Shown: positions 48,475 through 61,764, counted from the stretch's first letter. The stretch: DNA of 64,000 nt from Eukaryota sp. GEM-RC1 (GCA_040285855.1 JAUFOQ010000017.1:1674001-1738000), one strand, 5' to 3'. Program-made: numbers and translations. The notes: generated from the sequence alone by a model not told the origin.

Positions 48475-48895
48475 GAGAGCGAGAGGACCTCATCCCGCTA
48501 AACATGTATGCGAGAGTAATGATGAAGAGTATCTGTAAACTGATCTGGACTACAGTTGACTTTTTGCGACATCTTCAATTTGACAATACACCTGACATAC
48601 ATTCAATTTATTTTAACGACATGTGATGAACGAATAATTCTAATGACATCATGTATACACAAACATAGTACTGTACTGTATGGATTGAAACAAACCAACA
48701 TTGATGTCAATTTACTAACCTACAGTATGTTAAAAGTTATAAAGACTGCATGTAAGATTTATCTAAGTACTGTGAGTAGTGATAACAATAGATGTACATA
48801 TAAATAAGATCAAGTAAGTCACTGTCTGAGGTGTAGAATTAACCATAAAAACTAAGAACGAAAAAATTTATAAAGAACGAAAAAATGAATAAAGA

Positions 48896-51800
48896 CTATT
48901 CCCTCATTTTGTATTCCACATCTGTAAGATTTTGCCTCAAAAACGCGTGGAAAGTATTCCACTTTTTGCTTCGGGGTTGGTCGTTATCCATGATAACAAA
49001 CAGTGCGTTTTCAGTTCTTTGTTGAATAAAAGGAAATGTTGATGGCGTATCTGGAAGATCAATAATAATTGATATCTGACACCTAAATTCGGAAAATTTT
49101 TCCAAAATTCCCCAATTAGCAAACAATACCGAGTTTGGTTTCGTGTTGAACTGGTTCATTGTGAAATTATAAGCACTTTGAGTGACAGGTTTGGTTTTGC
49201 TACTGGCAAATTGGAGGGCATTAATGGTACCGTTCTTGGTTTCTTCACTAAACAAACTGCGATACGTCAGTACATCTTGTCTAGATTTAAACAATACAGC
49301 AATTTTTTCATGGGGTAACTTCCTTGTTTGGAGGATACCATGTAATAACCTTTTCAAAATTGAACTGATATCCGCAAATTTGCAATGAACAAGGTTGAAC
49401 TTTTTTCCTTTCAGTCGAATAGGAGGTCCTTCAGCTGGTGATAGTTTGTTTGGGTGGGATGATTTATCCAAACTTCTACAATATGATTGGAAATCAATTT
49501 GTTCCAAAGTTGTATCACCACCTGAACGACACAAAGTCATCACTTCTCCTGACACATCAACAATTCCAATTGTCATTGAAGTATGAGAAAAAATAGTTGA
49601 CATGGCTCTTGTATGCCCGTAGATAAACAAAATGAGATTTCTTTTTGTTTTGCACTTATACCTATACACGTTCCATCATTAGTGATACACAAAAATAATT
49701 CAAATGCTTCAATGAAAATACAGTCTACCAGACTAATTTTCTCACTTGTAGGGTAAAAATCATAGACAGATTCAAGACAGTGTATGACATTGCTTTCCCC
49801 ATCAGTTCTTATGAGATCTACGGATGACTCGCTTAAAACCAAAACAAAACCTTCTTTGTAAGCATGAAGTTTGGTGAAGAGCTTTCTTGGTCTATCTTTT
49901 GGTTCACGTTGCAAGTCAGCATGAAATTGAATATCTGTCACACTGACGGTGTAATCAGTAATGTAAATGAAACTGTCACATAAGGTTACAATATCCTTTA
50001 ATCCTGTTGTTTGACTAGTTAAAGTCCGCCTGACTCCAGACATTTCAAGTTCGTATATAAACTTTTCCGTCATTACCAAGCATCCCCTAAAATAGTGACC
50101 AGGCAAAAATATTGCAACAATTCTTTCATCAAGTTGGTGTTGCGTATATTTTCCATTTTCGGTACCATTTTCTACGCTGTCTTCATAAGATGACTCATTG
50201 TATAAAGGTAGATTAAGGAGTTTAATCATTGACTCTTTAACATAAATAACAAATAATCCATCAGACGAAACGTCAAATGGACTATCACTATTGATTTTGT
50301 TCAAAATTGAACTGGATTTGTGATCTGTAAGATCAAGAATCATAAGATAGTATGAGCCATTGAGAAGACAACGAGCAACAATTTGAGTTGTCGCCGGTAT
50401 AATTACACACTGTTGAACGACAAGTTGTACAAAGGTAAATTTACCAGCTATGTTAGGTACAGGTCTTTGAAAACAAATTTTTGAGCCTTCCATGACGCAA
50501 TAGGTTCTGTACTATACAAAGCAGTAGAAGAAGTAGTAAAAGCAGTAGTAGAAGTAGTAGTAGGAGCAAGAGTAGTAGAAGCAGTAGGAGCAAGAGTAGT
50601 AGAAGCAGTAGAAATAGTGGAAGCAGTAGAAATAGTAGGAGGAACTGTATCTTGCCAATACAATGTAATAATAGATCCTTTTCCAGTAACAAAATAAATT
50701 TCTGGCTTTTTGAGAGAAGGAAAAATTTTGATAATACCTGCATCCCAGTTTCGTTTAAAACGATCATTAAAAAAAGACAGGAGCGGCTCGATTATCAGTA
50801 TTAAAGAAACCAATACGATTCTTTCTAGTCACAAAAATGATGACTTTGGGATGACCATATATTCCACATGCATCAACAATACAATCATATGGCTTAGGTC
50901 CTTCCAACCACCCCTGTGGTCTTAACAGAAAATCTACTTTGATTTGAGATTTTGAAACCGTCACAATATGTAACGTTAACCATTTAGTTTTAACGGTTTC
51001 ATCTAACCGAAATGGTACACTACCAGCAGCATCATAGTCGGATGCGTCCACATCAATAATTGTTCCAGTAGGTTTCATGGGGGACGATTTAATGGCCTGA
51101 ATCTGATAGAACAAACGAGTAGGATCCATTTGTAATCTTTCACACAAATAAACACCTAATCTACATCGATTCAGGCAACCAATCATTGATACTAAAGGTT
51201 TCAGAACAGAATCATCGTATTCATAGCATATTTCCGACTTATGCGCAATATCAAATGATACCATTTGTGTGGTAATACATCCGTAGCTGAACACACGAAC
51301 ATACATCAATTGTAAAAATAAGTTGGACAAAGTACGTTCAAAATAACAGCACAAAGTTGGAAGTGCCTGTTGCGGAGTCACATATACACCTGACCATTGA
51401 TCACATTTATCGACAGGTAATCGAGTGAAAAGAGAGTTGTAGAATTTGAGATCAATACGACCACTATGACCGTTCAGAGTACTGTACTTAATAGGACTTT
51501 GATAGTAGTAATTTGAGGCTCTTAAACGCACATTAACGGAGAATGTTTTTTCTTTACATAGTAGACCAAAATTTAACAAATCTGCAACATTTACACCGGC
51601 ACTGTTACTGGAGTACCATTGATTAGTTTTGAAGAATACTGAGGGATAGGGGTGTATATTCAATTTGGGGAAAAACGGATGGGGTAATTTAGATGATGAA
51701 GAATTTTCAATCATTTTGGCCAAAATAAGTGAAATAACTCTGTTATTTTTACAATTACTCGCTGTAAGTTCGATTTCCTTGTCGGATTCAACAGAAAGTT

Positions 51801-54800
51801 CTAATTTAACAGCATTTGTGTCCCGCTGTCGCTGTTTTGAAGACTCCAATAAACTATTCAATTTTGTTATCTTTGCGTTTAATTCATCAACAGAAACACT
51901 TTCAAATAACGTCTTTTCAAATGGTTCAACAGGCAGCTGAGTTGAAGATCCTTGTAATGCCATGTCTTGTTGCATACTTCGAAACATTATTGAATTTTTC
52001 GGGTAAGACGACGCAAACAACAAAGTCAATTGTGAAAAATCGAAATTAGATGGAACAAGTGTTTGATAAAAAGATTGATCCTTAAAATCACTCCATTCTT
52101 TTTGATTTAGATCCTGTTTCCTCTCTTTTTCATGTTTATGTCCTGTATGGGCCATTTTGTACCCTTGTAATAAAGATTGGACCTGTTTGGCTTTAGCTTC
52201 TAACGAATCAAAGGTTTTGGACAATCGATTCAATTTGGATTGGAAGGTTTCACCCATACTTGATACACTACGCTTAATAACACTCAATTTGGACAGCAAT
52301 CTATCGCACCAAAACTTCAACTTCCTAAGGTCAAAATATTGTAAAATCTTCCAATTGATTGTACCGGATAACAAGGCACATAAAAATTTGAACATCATAT
52401 TCAGGTCTGAAAATCCGTGATCCGTTCCATCATCATACAAATTTAGAAAATTTCCTAGTTTTTCAACTTGGTTGATGTATTCTGTGTTGAACTTGAAGTT
52501 AAACAAATTGAAATTGAATGAACATAAAAGAATTAATCCGGCAACAACTTGATCTTGAACAAAACAATTGAATACAAAATGAAAATGTTCATGAGAATCA
52601 GCAAGAAGTGATCCCAAAAGTCCCATAGACGTCAGTTTGTCATTGATAAAACGACTCTCAAGGATATTATTCAGGTAGAGGGAGTAAACTGTTTCGTTTA
52701 CTGAAAAATCAGAAACGATAGTAGGCATGGCATTCAGAAAATCATTTGGATGAGATGAAATTTGTTTAACTTTCAAAATACAATCTTCCAATGGTGAATC
52801 TAGAATTTGTGGATCTTTTGTCGGAGACCTTGAGTACTGACCAATAAAATTAAAGTCAAATAATCTAATACAGATCCCAGGTCTTGTCCGTCCGACTCTT
52901 CCAGCACGTTGAGTAGCAGAGCATTGTGAAATGTGTGCCATAACCAATTCTTTTCTGAAATTTGGAACTCTTTCTAACCCAGTATCCAAAACAATTACTG
53001 CCGAGTCGATCGTGATTGATGACTCTGCGATGTTAGTTGCAGCAACAATCTTGAATTCATTGTTTTTACACTTGCTTGCTGCCTTGAGTTGATCCTCTCT
53101 GCTGATCTCAGAATACAAAGGATAACAACAGTTCATAGGCAAATCATTATTGTGATAACATGCTTTAACCAGACTTTCTACTTCAAAAGAACCAGGTAAA
53201 AAAACAATTAATGTTATACCTGGAACATCTGACTGTCTTGTATGAAGTTTTGTTAGTACAAAGTATTTGACAACAATTTTGTAAATAACAATTATCAATT
53301 GCAGGAGTGCGTCTGAGTTAATAATCGACGGGTGAAGTCTCTGATCTACTTTAGATTCAAAGTGTTTTTTATAATTTACCACTTCTGCACGAAAATCATG
53401 TTGATGATCACAGACAGCTTCTCGAAATCGAGGGGGAAATCCTTCAGTAAGTTTTGAATACCAGTCATTAGTTTCGAAATTCTTAAAGTCGAAAACGTTC
53501 AGGACTCTTGAGAATTGACCAGTGTCAAACATAAGGTTTTGTTGTTCTTTAAGTAAATCAGTCTCTGTCCATTGATTATCAGGGAGCAAAGTGTTTAAAA
53601 ACTGGGTTAAGTTCAGCAGTTGTTGATCCAATAGTTGCGGATGACAAACCACGTATAATGCCCGAGTTTTTTAAATTAATTTTCATTACTGTGAGTAACA
53701 GATCGACATCTATAGTTCTGTCATGAACTTCATCCACAATGACGACTTTGTAAGTAGAAACAAATGAATGCTGATTCATCAACAACATGAGAGTTAAACC
53801 AGTTGTTTGATAATGAACCAAAGTATTGTCTGAAAAATTGTATACCCCACCACCACAGTGATATCCAGCAATGGGGTAATCGTAAATAAATTTACTACCC
53901 AGTCGAGGTCTAGTTAAGGAGTTAAGAAATTCAGACAAAAAGATTGCCGAAGGTACCGTTGGTTGGGAAACAATGACTTTGCTAAAAAAAGTAAGCGCAA
54001 AAATAACAGGTGACAGTGTAGATTTTCCTGATCCAGTTGAACCAGTGATCATATAGGGTAAATCATAACTCCGATCAGAATTACAATAACACTTGATTAA
54101 ATGCTTTAATAGTTCAGTAAAACTATTCCTTCCAGTAGAAGTCGAGACAAAGGACAATTTATGATCTCGTTGAGCATGAAATAGAACATTCATCAAACTA
54201 GACAATGCGAAATGGTCTACATTGTGTCTACTAGCATATTGTTTCCAGTGAGTGATGATAATTGGAGTAATTTGAGTAATAAGGTCGCATTTTAAATCCA
54301 TCAGCTCAGTCATAAGATCATCGAAATTAGTATCATGACGGTTTACCTCAATTGGTTCAATAGCATCAACAGCATGAACATCAAGGAGAATTTCGGTAAG
54401 ATCTTCGGGTGTTTCTTCAACATCTTGTAATAAATCAATAACTTTGGCTTTCTCTGTCTTATATTTCAAAGCATCTTTAATTGCTTGTTCAACAACTTCT
54501 TCATGTGTTGTTCCATTGAATATATAGCTAATGAAAACAAATGGGAAGTTCATTAGATTTACAAAGGGTTCAAAACAATTTTCAAATTCTGAAGTGGAAA
54601 TAATGTAACTTTGATAACCTAGCATAAATACCAACAAATAAATTGAAGAAATTTGTTGATTTCGGTAATTCTCTTGATCAGTTTCATTTGAAAATAAATA
54701 TGTCTTGGCAAAGACATAAAAGCGATAGAGTGATCGAAAAATCCAGGTATCTTGTAACTTTGCATCAACATTGAGTAATCGGGAAGCATAGTTTTCAATT

Positions 54801-56158
54801 CTTACAGACATATCAATAGATGTATTATTAAAATCCTGTACTTGTTCATATTCATCAGCTTCGTCAGTTGTTTGTTCTGAAAGAACAGCTTGGCCATCGG
54901 CAGCTTCAGCATATTCTACAATTTCATTGAGTAGTTTTTCCAAGTAATTTTTGTTAAAATGTTTTGGTGGGGTCAGATCTCGCAGCCAAGTTTTTACTTC
55001 TCTTGCTGAATCAACTGTGAATGGGGAAAGAGAATCTGGCGTTGGAAAGGTATCTTTAAAAAATTTAGATCTTTGCAAATACTGATGACACAGTGTTAGT
55101 GCTATCGTCAACATTGTTGTTAACGAAAGACAACAGGCAGGATTTACAACGCGAATGAATTTCGAGAAATCAAGAGTATGAGCGGTTAAACAGCATTGGA
55201 CGGGCCTGGTCGAATCATGCTGTTGTGGAAGTATACCAGGCTGTCGGGGGAGCATACATTGATTACAAATGGCGTAACTTGAACATTGTTTATCAATTGT
55301 CAAACGTTTTTGTGCAGAAAATTGTAGAAGTTGTTGCGATGGTAAAACTTTCAGGGACGGCAAGTCAATGGAGGTGAAAACTTCATTATGATATTCTAGA
55401 AACTCAACAAAAACATGATCGACTTCTGGGGCAATCAGAGATTCAAAGAAGGATGTAATGTAATCATAAATATTTTTAACAGAAAGTCTTTTCATTGGTA
55501 GATCAAAATGAGCAAGAGCATTGTCTAGTTGAGACTTACATTCAGTAAAAGAAATGGGATCACGATCAGTCATTGCTTCTGGAACAGACTGTGAAGCATT
55601 CAGGTGATAGTGTTCCAAGCAAGTACATATACGATGTCCTGTAATGTTCTTCACAGGATGGATTACAGACTCATGTGAAATAAATGCACAGCCTGAGTGA
55701 GCGGAGGGTGGAAATGGACCGGGATTTGACTCTACATCACCGTCCATTGTGAGATTTCTTAACCAACTATGGGATGGAGAGGCATTAGATTCAGTAACAC
55801 GTACAAAACAACAATAGTTCAAGGCATGACTCTTCTTTACGAGCATGTTATCCCTATATGTTGTATTGGGGGAAGGGGGCGTAGAAAGAGAGGACTTCGC
55901 TTCAACAACGGGAGGAGAACAACAACAACAATAGTTCAAGGCATGACTCTTCTTTACGAGCATGTTATCCCTATATGTTGTATTGGGGGAAGGGGGCGTA
56001 GAAAGAGAGGACTTCGCTTCAACAACGGGAGGAGAACAACAACAACAATAGTTCAAGGCATGACTCTTCTTTACGAGCATGTTATCCCTATATGTTGTAT
56101 TGGGGGAAGAGAATGGCATTTTGAAACGATGGGGAAGATATATCCGGAGCAATTTCAT
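48896..56158 (-). CDS. Polyprotein (~2400 aa, reconstructed): repeat leader, 2A, unknown region, DEAH-box RNA helicase, T/S/A linker, beta-rich region, degenerate helicase-C-like domain
   Basis: GSTGSGKST, SQPT, TTG, DEVHDR, SSAT, VFLPG, ATNIAESSITID, QRAGRVGR. Five ORFs chain through shifts near 53590, 50770, 50480 and 49590. First ATG at ~56119. Confidence 0.8.
50520..50645 (-). repeat. Low-complexity Thr/Ser/Ala coding repeat
   Basis: TISTASTISTASTTLAPTASTTLAPTTTSTTAFTTSSTA. Confidence 0.8.
55715..55765 (-). other. 2A ribosomal-skipping peptide WLRNLTMDGDVESNPG/P
   Basis: Exact consensus, in frame, ~15 codons after the repeat leader. Confidence 0.9.
55808..56109. repeat. 117-bp tandem repeat, ~2.6 copies, coding (39-aa unit)
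   Basis: acaatagttc recurs at 55811, 55928 and 56045. Unit SPNTTYRDNMLVKKSHALNYCCCCSPPVVEAKSSLSTPP. Confidence 0.95.
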
Positions 56159-56845
56159 TTGATGTTGATCTTGATGCTTCTGACTTCACTTCACCACCTT
56201 GGATTTTACATCACCTTAAAAACACTTCTTTAACACGTTATCCCCATGGATGTTTACGTCTGTCTAACGTAATTCATGCTTACTTGGAGTTCATCATGTG
56301 TTGTTCTGGATGAGATCCATGACTTTTTTTTGAGTTTCCACCTTCATTTACTGTACTCTTGGTCAAAATCGAATCGTATTTGCGGTTTTTAATGATGAGA
56401 TATTTATGTAATGTTGGCTTCACAATAAAATATGAAATAGATAGTTACAGTTGAAAACATCCTATACATTTATAAAAATAGAATATAATTCACCATATGG
56501 CTTATGAGTCGTTATGATGCCGTTGCCGTGACGGATATGCACCTAAACCCACCACGATCTGATGATGTTGTAGTAGATCAAATGCGCAAATCAACTTTCT
56601 CCAATTACACACGAATCCAGGAATTTCAACAGGTTGTCAACAACCACCAGACATCTCTTCTCACTTTTTTTCACTATATGGTCAAAAAATCTTTATTGTA
56701 TATGATGGTTTCTTTCATGTACATAATGAAGGGAAGATATATCTAAAGTTCAAAAGGATTCTTCGTAAAATTGGATTTTTGACAAGAGACTTAAGAGGAG
56801 GGAGTGGAGTCGAAGTAATCTCAGTTGTTCCAGTTGATTCTGATT

Positions 56846-57415
56846 CTAAGTCATTGCTTGAGTTACTTGATTCTTCTTTTCATTCAATAAGTTTTCTTCT
56901 CTAACTGCCTTTGGAGATTTAGACTTTTTCATCTTAGAAAGTCTTGCAGAACATGAAACTTTTTGATGTTGTTCATGTTCTGCAAGATCAGACAAGTCTA
57001 TTGCTGAGTCACTTTGATCTTGAATCAAAATATTATATAAATTTTGAGAGGACAAGGAAGTAGTGGTACCATTCTTTTCTTCAAGAATATGAGTTTCTTT
57101 GTTAATAAAGAATTCAATGTTTTCCTTAAGATTATCACCAACAACATTTTTAAACCATGTTGTATTGTTGGTGGACACTGCGATATGAGAAGTACTATCA
57201 GCAGCTCGGGTGATTAAGATATAATCTCCATTAATTCCGAGATTGCAAGGTGAAGTTGAAGGAGTTGATTTTGTCTCAGTAAAAGAAAAGACATTGTATA
57301 CATCTTGGTGTTTAGATGCATACTTCCTCTGATAAGCAGAAAGACGACGTTTCCGAGACAGAACGTTTGTTGATGAGTTCATGCAAATTTTGCCGGGAAA
57401 CAAATTCTCCTTCAT
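56846..57415 (-). CDS. Hypothetical protein (strand uncertain)
   Basis: 189-aa ORF with no motif. A frameshifted plus-strand reading from 56504 is an alternative. Confidence 0.25.
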   Translation of the reverse strand: MKENLFPGKICMNSSTNVLSRKRRLSAYQRKYASKHQDVYNVFSFTETKSTPSTSPCNLGINGDYILITRAADSTSHIAVSTNNTTWFKNVVGDNLKENIEFFINKETHILEEKNGTTTSLSSQNLYNILIQDQSDSAIDLSDLAEHEQHQKVSCSARLSKMKKSKSPKAVREENLLNEKKNQVTQAMT

Positions 57416-58205
57416 CGGAATCTCAATGTCTTTGAACGAATCTTCTCTTGAAGTGATGTCAAGTCTGTTAGTACAATATCACGAACACTGCAACAGAAGT
57501 TTGATAACCTTATGCAATTGTTGTCATTGTACTTCGTTAGGAGATGATTCTGTGACCACATCTATATCAACTTCCTTAAAAGATCTTGTGTCAACTCTGT
57601 TCTACCCTTCATCAGAAACTTCTAATGTTGAGGAAGTCTTAATCAGAGTATCTCATCTTTGGCAGTTCACGCCTCTACTCAACAGTTTTCTCAACTGGAC
57701 AGGTTTAATTGATATTCTTCTTCATTGTTGTCTCAATGATGATACTTGTTTATTTTTGAAACATTTACATTTGCTGATCAATAGTTTTGCTTGTTTAGTT
57801 GGTATATTATTTTGTCACAGTTCTCGATCTTCTACAACTTTATTAATTCCTGTACTCCTCCAAAGTTCACTTCATGATGATGGTCATTTAAGATTTGTTT
57901 ATTTTAAAAAGATTGAGGATAAATTGTTGCTGTTACTTGAGGACAATGATTATTGTTTGTCTGTTTCAAAGTTTGTTTTGATTTTTGTTAACATTGTTTT
58001 AGCAAAAGGTAATTGTAATGATTATACTGAAGTTGTCAATTTGTTTAGTTTTATTTTAGAACGAAGTGATTTTGTTGACTTGAAACATGTTTTGACTTGG
58101 AAAATGTCAGGAAATGATGAGATTGATGTGGAGAATTTATGTGATGAGTTGTTGCAGTTTAATGATAGTGTAGTGAAGTATGTTTGTAAGTATCTGTGTA
58201 ACTAA
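57381..58205 (+). CDS. Hypothetical Leu/Cys-rich helical protein
   Basis: 274-aa ORF, stop followed by AATAAA and a minisatellite. Confidence 0.5.
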   Translation: MQILPGNKFSFIGISMSLNESSLEVMSSLLVQYHEHCNRSLITLCNCCHCTSLGDDSVTTSISTSLKDLVSTLFYPSSETSNVEEVLIRVSHLWQFTPLLNSFLNWTGLIDILLHCCLNDDTCLFLKHLHLLINSFACLVGILFCHSSRSSTTLLIPVLLQSSLHDDGHLRFVYFKKIEDKLLLLLEDNDYCLSVSKFVLIFVNIVLAKGNCNDYTEVVNLFSFILERSDFVDLKHVLTWKMSGNDEIDVENLCDELLQFNDSVVKYVCKYLCN

Positions 58206-58207
58206 AT

Positions 58208-58460
58208 AAATCTTGTAAAACACATGTTGTATTACAAATGTTGTGTTACAGATCTTGTGTTACACATCTTGTAAAACACATCTTGTATTACACATCTTGT
58301 GTTACAAATGTTGTAAAACACATCTTGTGTTACACATCTTGTGTTACAAATGTTGTATTACACATCTTGTGTTACAAATGTTGTGTTACAAATGTTGCAT
58401 TACAGATCTTGTAAAACACATCTTGTGTTACAGATCTTGTGAAACACATCCAGTCTTGTA
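58208..58460. repeat. 14-bp minisatellite
   Basis: Variants of cacatcttgtgtta / caaatgttgtatta / cacatcttgtaaaa. Confidence 0.9.
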
Positions 58461-59250
58461 TCTACATCCACATTTTCTTCATCCAAACTCATATCCACAA
58501 CGAAGCCACACTCTGTTACTTCTCGTTCTTTAAGAGTTATGTGACTCCCCAAACTGAAGGCTAGTGACATTTGCTGAAGACATACACCCGATACACATGT
58601 TAAATGCCATATTGTTACCCCTTGGTCTTTGATTCTCCTTCTTGTATAATAAACAGCTAGTGTCTCGTTTGCGTATCGTCGTTGCATATCTTTTATATGA
58701 CAACATCAAGACATGACAATTCTAATCCCAGTCAAACAGACTTACGCGTACTCTTTATTGTTTGGTCAATCCACTGCTTTACACTTCTCGCCAAACTTAT
58801 CGGAAACACATTCACTCTTTTCCTCTTTTAACATTTTGTGTTGATTCTATTGGAAGACGGTGCTAGATGTATTAGTTAGTCGCTGAGTAATGTCGCTGAG
58901 TAATATCATAATAGTTGGAAAGTAAGATTTGATCTATAAACAAGAAGACATAGATGTTAAAACGAAGTTTACTATTACAAAAAGAAGTCAGAGATGATAC
59001 ATATAAACATACAAACACACATCCTCCATCACTACTACTGGTGTGATATAGAAAATTCTTGCATATGAATCGTATGGAAGGACAAATGTTCACAGAATCA
59101 ATATAAAAGGACTTGAAGTCGTGAACTGCGGAAATGTGAGATTGTAATACCCCGACTGAAATACAGTCCCTGGATAAAGTCATAGTTTGAAGTGAAAGAG
59201 AAATTTGATGAAGACCAAGTTTCCCTGCGCTCAAACAATCCATCAACTCA

Positions 59251-61745
59251 ATGGCACCAACCTCTTTACACAACATCAATCTCACAGATGACCAACGTGA
59301 GATCTTTAACGCAATCACTACCAGCAGACACAACTTCTTTGTCACTGGTGGTGCAGGATCAGGAAAATCTTATCTTTTACATGCTCTCAAATACTGGTGG
59401 AATAACGCAGGATCTCGTCTCATGCGTGCTAATGGTGAAATCTTCTTCACTGCAACAACTGGGGTTGCCTCAACTGTTTTTGGTGGACAGACCATACACT
59501 CACTGTTTGGTTATAAGTTTATGAAAGAAGAAGAATCCATACATGATGTTATCAAATGTATGCCATCAAATGTCAAAATTTTGTTAAAAAATATTACTCC
59601 AAAAAATACAATGTTAATCATTGATGAAATTTCAATGTTATCCTCCAATTTGTTTCAACGGGCGAGTGACATTTTGGGCGAACTTATGCACACGCAAAAA
59701 TGTCACTCTCCGAAGAAACCATTTGGAGGAATTCAGATAATTTTTTTGGGGACTTTCTTCAATTAGCCCCTGTTGTGAAAAGTCTTGATGGAAAAGGAAA
59801 TCGAAAAGTGGTAATTTCTGATTTCGCTTTTTCATCAAGTGCTTGGAACAATTTAAATTTTAAATATTTTGAACTGACTGGTAGTATTCGACAGCAATCA
59901 GATTCCCAATTTTTTAATTTTCTAAATCAATTAAGATTGGGTCTGTTAGATAATTTTATGAAATCAATTCTGTGTACTCATTTCGAAACAGCAGAATCTG
60001 TTGAAAACCCAACAATTTTATACGGAAAGAATACTGATGTTGCTAGAGAAAATTTAAAACAATTCAAAATTCTGGCAAAATTCAGATTCCATTGAATTTG
60101 TAGCTGTTGACAAATTCAATGAATCTGAATTAAAATCTCAAATTAGAAAAAGAAGTTCTAGATTTCCAGTCAATGAATCTAATTTGGAAAAATATTATGA
60201 CATTGAAACTTCTGTGCTGACAAGTCGCTTGGATGACTTTGCTGAAAAAAAACTAGACTGTGTTGTGGGTGGACAAGTGATGTACACTCAAAACAAGCCT
60301 GAACTTGGATTAGTTAATGGTTCAAAAGGAGTTATTGTTAATTTTTCAGATACATATATTGATGTTCGGTTCAACGCTGAAGCAGAACCGAAAAGAATCA
60401 GTCAGTCAAGGTTTGCTATCGAACACTTGAATGAAATCGGAAGACCTGTTCAAGTGGCGAAAAGAATTCAGTTTCCGCTAAGACCTTGCTGGGCGATAAC
60501 AGTGCATCGATCCCAAGGTTTAACAATTGACGGGATTGAAGTTGCTATCCAGTTTTGGGAATATGCCCAACTTTATGTGACCTTAAGTAGGGTTAGGTCT
60601 TGGAGGAGTTTAAAGATTTTAAGTATTGGAAGAAGTTATCCGGTACCAAATTTGGAATTGTACCTATGGTATTATTCAACTTTTCATCCTGTTAAACCAT
60701 CCACTATTGATTTGTATGTTTTGGGAAATCAACATTGTCTTCAACGAGATTTCAATCATTTTAATTCATTGTTTGCAAACTTTTGTGCAGAATCGAGTGA
60801 ACCAATTATGGATGATGTTGTTGTTCCTGAAATTGTTCATGGTGTTGATGAAATTGTTGATGAAGTTATTGTTGATAATGTTGATGAACAAATTATTGAA
60901 AATAATGATCATCAAATTGTTGACTTGGAAAAAATCATTTAAACCATTTCGAAAAATCAAATTTATTTGAAACAGAAGCACTACTATCAGGATCCGATTC
61001 TGGTGATGAATCTGATAGTGATACAATTTCAACAAGTTTAGATGATTTTGTTGTAAATGATGAACTTGAAGAAGATGAAACTAATATTCCTCCCAAATTT
61101 ATTAATTGTGACTCAATTTTTAACAAAAATTCCCCAGAGATTGGTGTCAATAAGTCTAAACTTCCTCAGTTACCACGAGGCAACATTACTCTACCATCGC
61201 TTCCCCGTTTGAAGAAAACCCCTTTACCAACGAAGAATTTATTATTAAAAAAGAATGTCAGTGCTGGTATAGAAAGAAAAAGTTCCCAAGTATTTCCTCT
61301 TATTGATGATGAAAAGCGATTTTGTCTCAAGGAAGTTCAAACTGAAAGCTTTGAAAATGAAAAATGTGATTCCATATGTGAATATCAACAAACTGACAAT
61401 ATGACTTATGAAACAATATCATTGTCTCCTATTTTGGAGTATAATCGTGTTGCTACTTCAAAACAATTGAGAGTGGACTTAACTATTGGAATTCAGTCAA
61501 TTGTCGATAATGTACTAGATTGTATTGGATCTGAATATGCATCAAGTATGGAAGTGAAAACAATAAGAAACTGTTACATTACCGATGTGATTAATAGGGA
61601 TAATGTTGATGAACGTTATTGTAGTGATGTACTTGTGGAATTGTTTCATGTTTTGAAAGAGTATTTGAAAAATGATGAAAAGACTGGTATGTGTGTTTTA
61701 TTTGAATTATATTTAATTTTGAAAAAGATTGGAAAATATAGGTAA
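59251..61745 (+). CDS. PIF1: PIF1-family SF1B DNA helicase with acidic C-terminal extension, ~830 aa, reconstructed
   Basis: LTDDQ..F, TGGAGSGKS, TATTGVA, GQTIHS, IIDEISM, PFGGIQIIF-GDFLQLAPV, RQ, GLVNGSKG, QFPLRPCWAITVHRSQGLT, YVTLSRVRS. Shifts near 59745, 60080 and 60932. Confidence 0.9.
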
Positions 61746-61764
61746 TTTTGATAGTTTCATTTTG

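Noticed and set aside
47941..48501. Plus-strand repetitive ORFs (also 55769..56233)
   Set aside because: Antisense shadows of stop-free repeats; the minus frame continues into 2A and conserved domains.
50453..50767. Poly-Leu ORF
   Set aside because: Alternative frame of the Thr/Ser/Ala low-complexity linker.
54965..54995. WLRDLT resembling the upstream half of a third 2A
   Set aside because: Followed by PPKH, with no DxExNPGP core.
58400..59250. Helitron Rep/HUH domain upstream of PIF1
   Set aside because: No HUH or YxxKY motifs recognised in the ORFs here; PIF1 begins at its own ATG.
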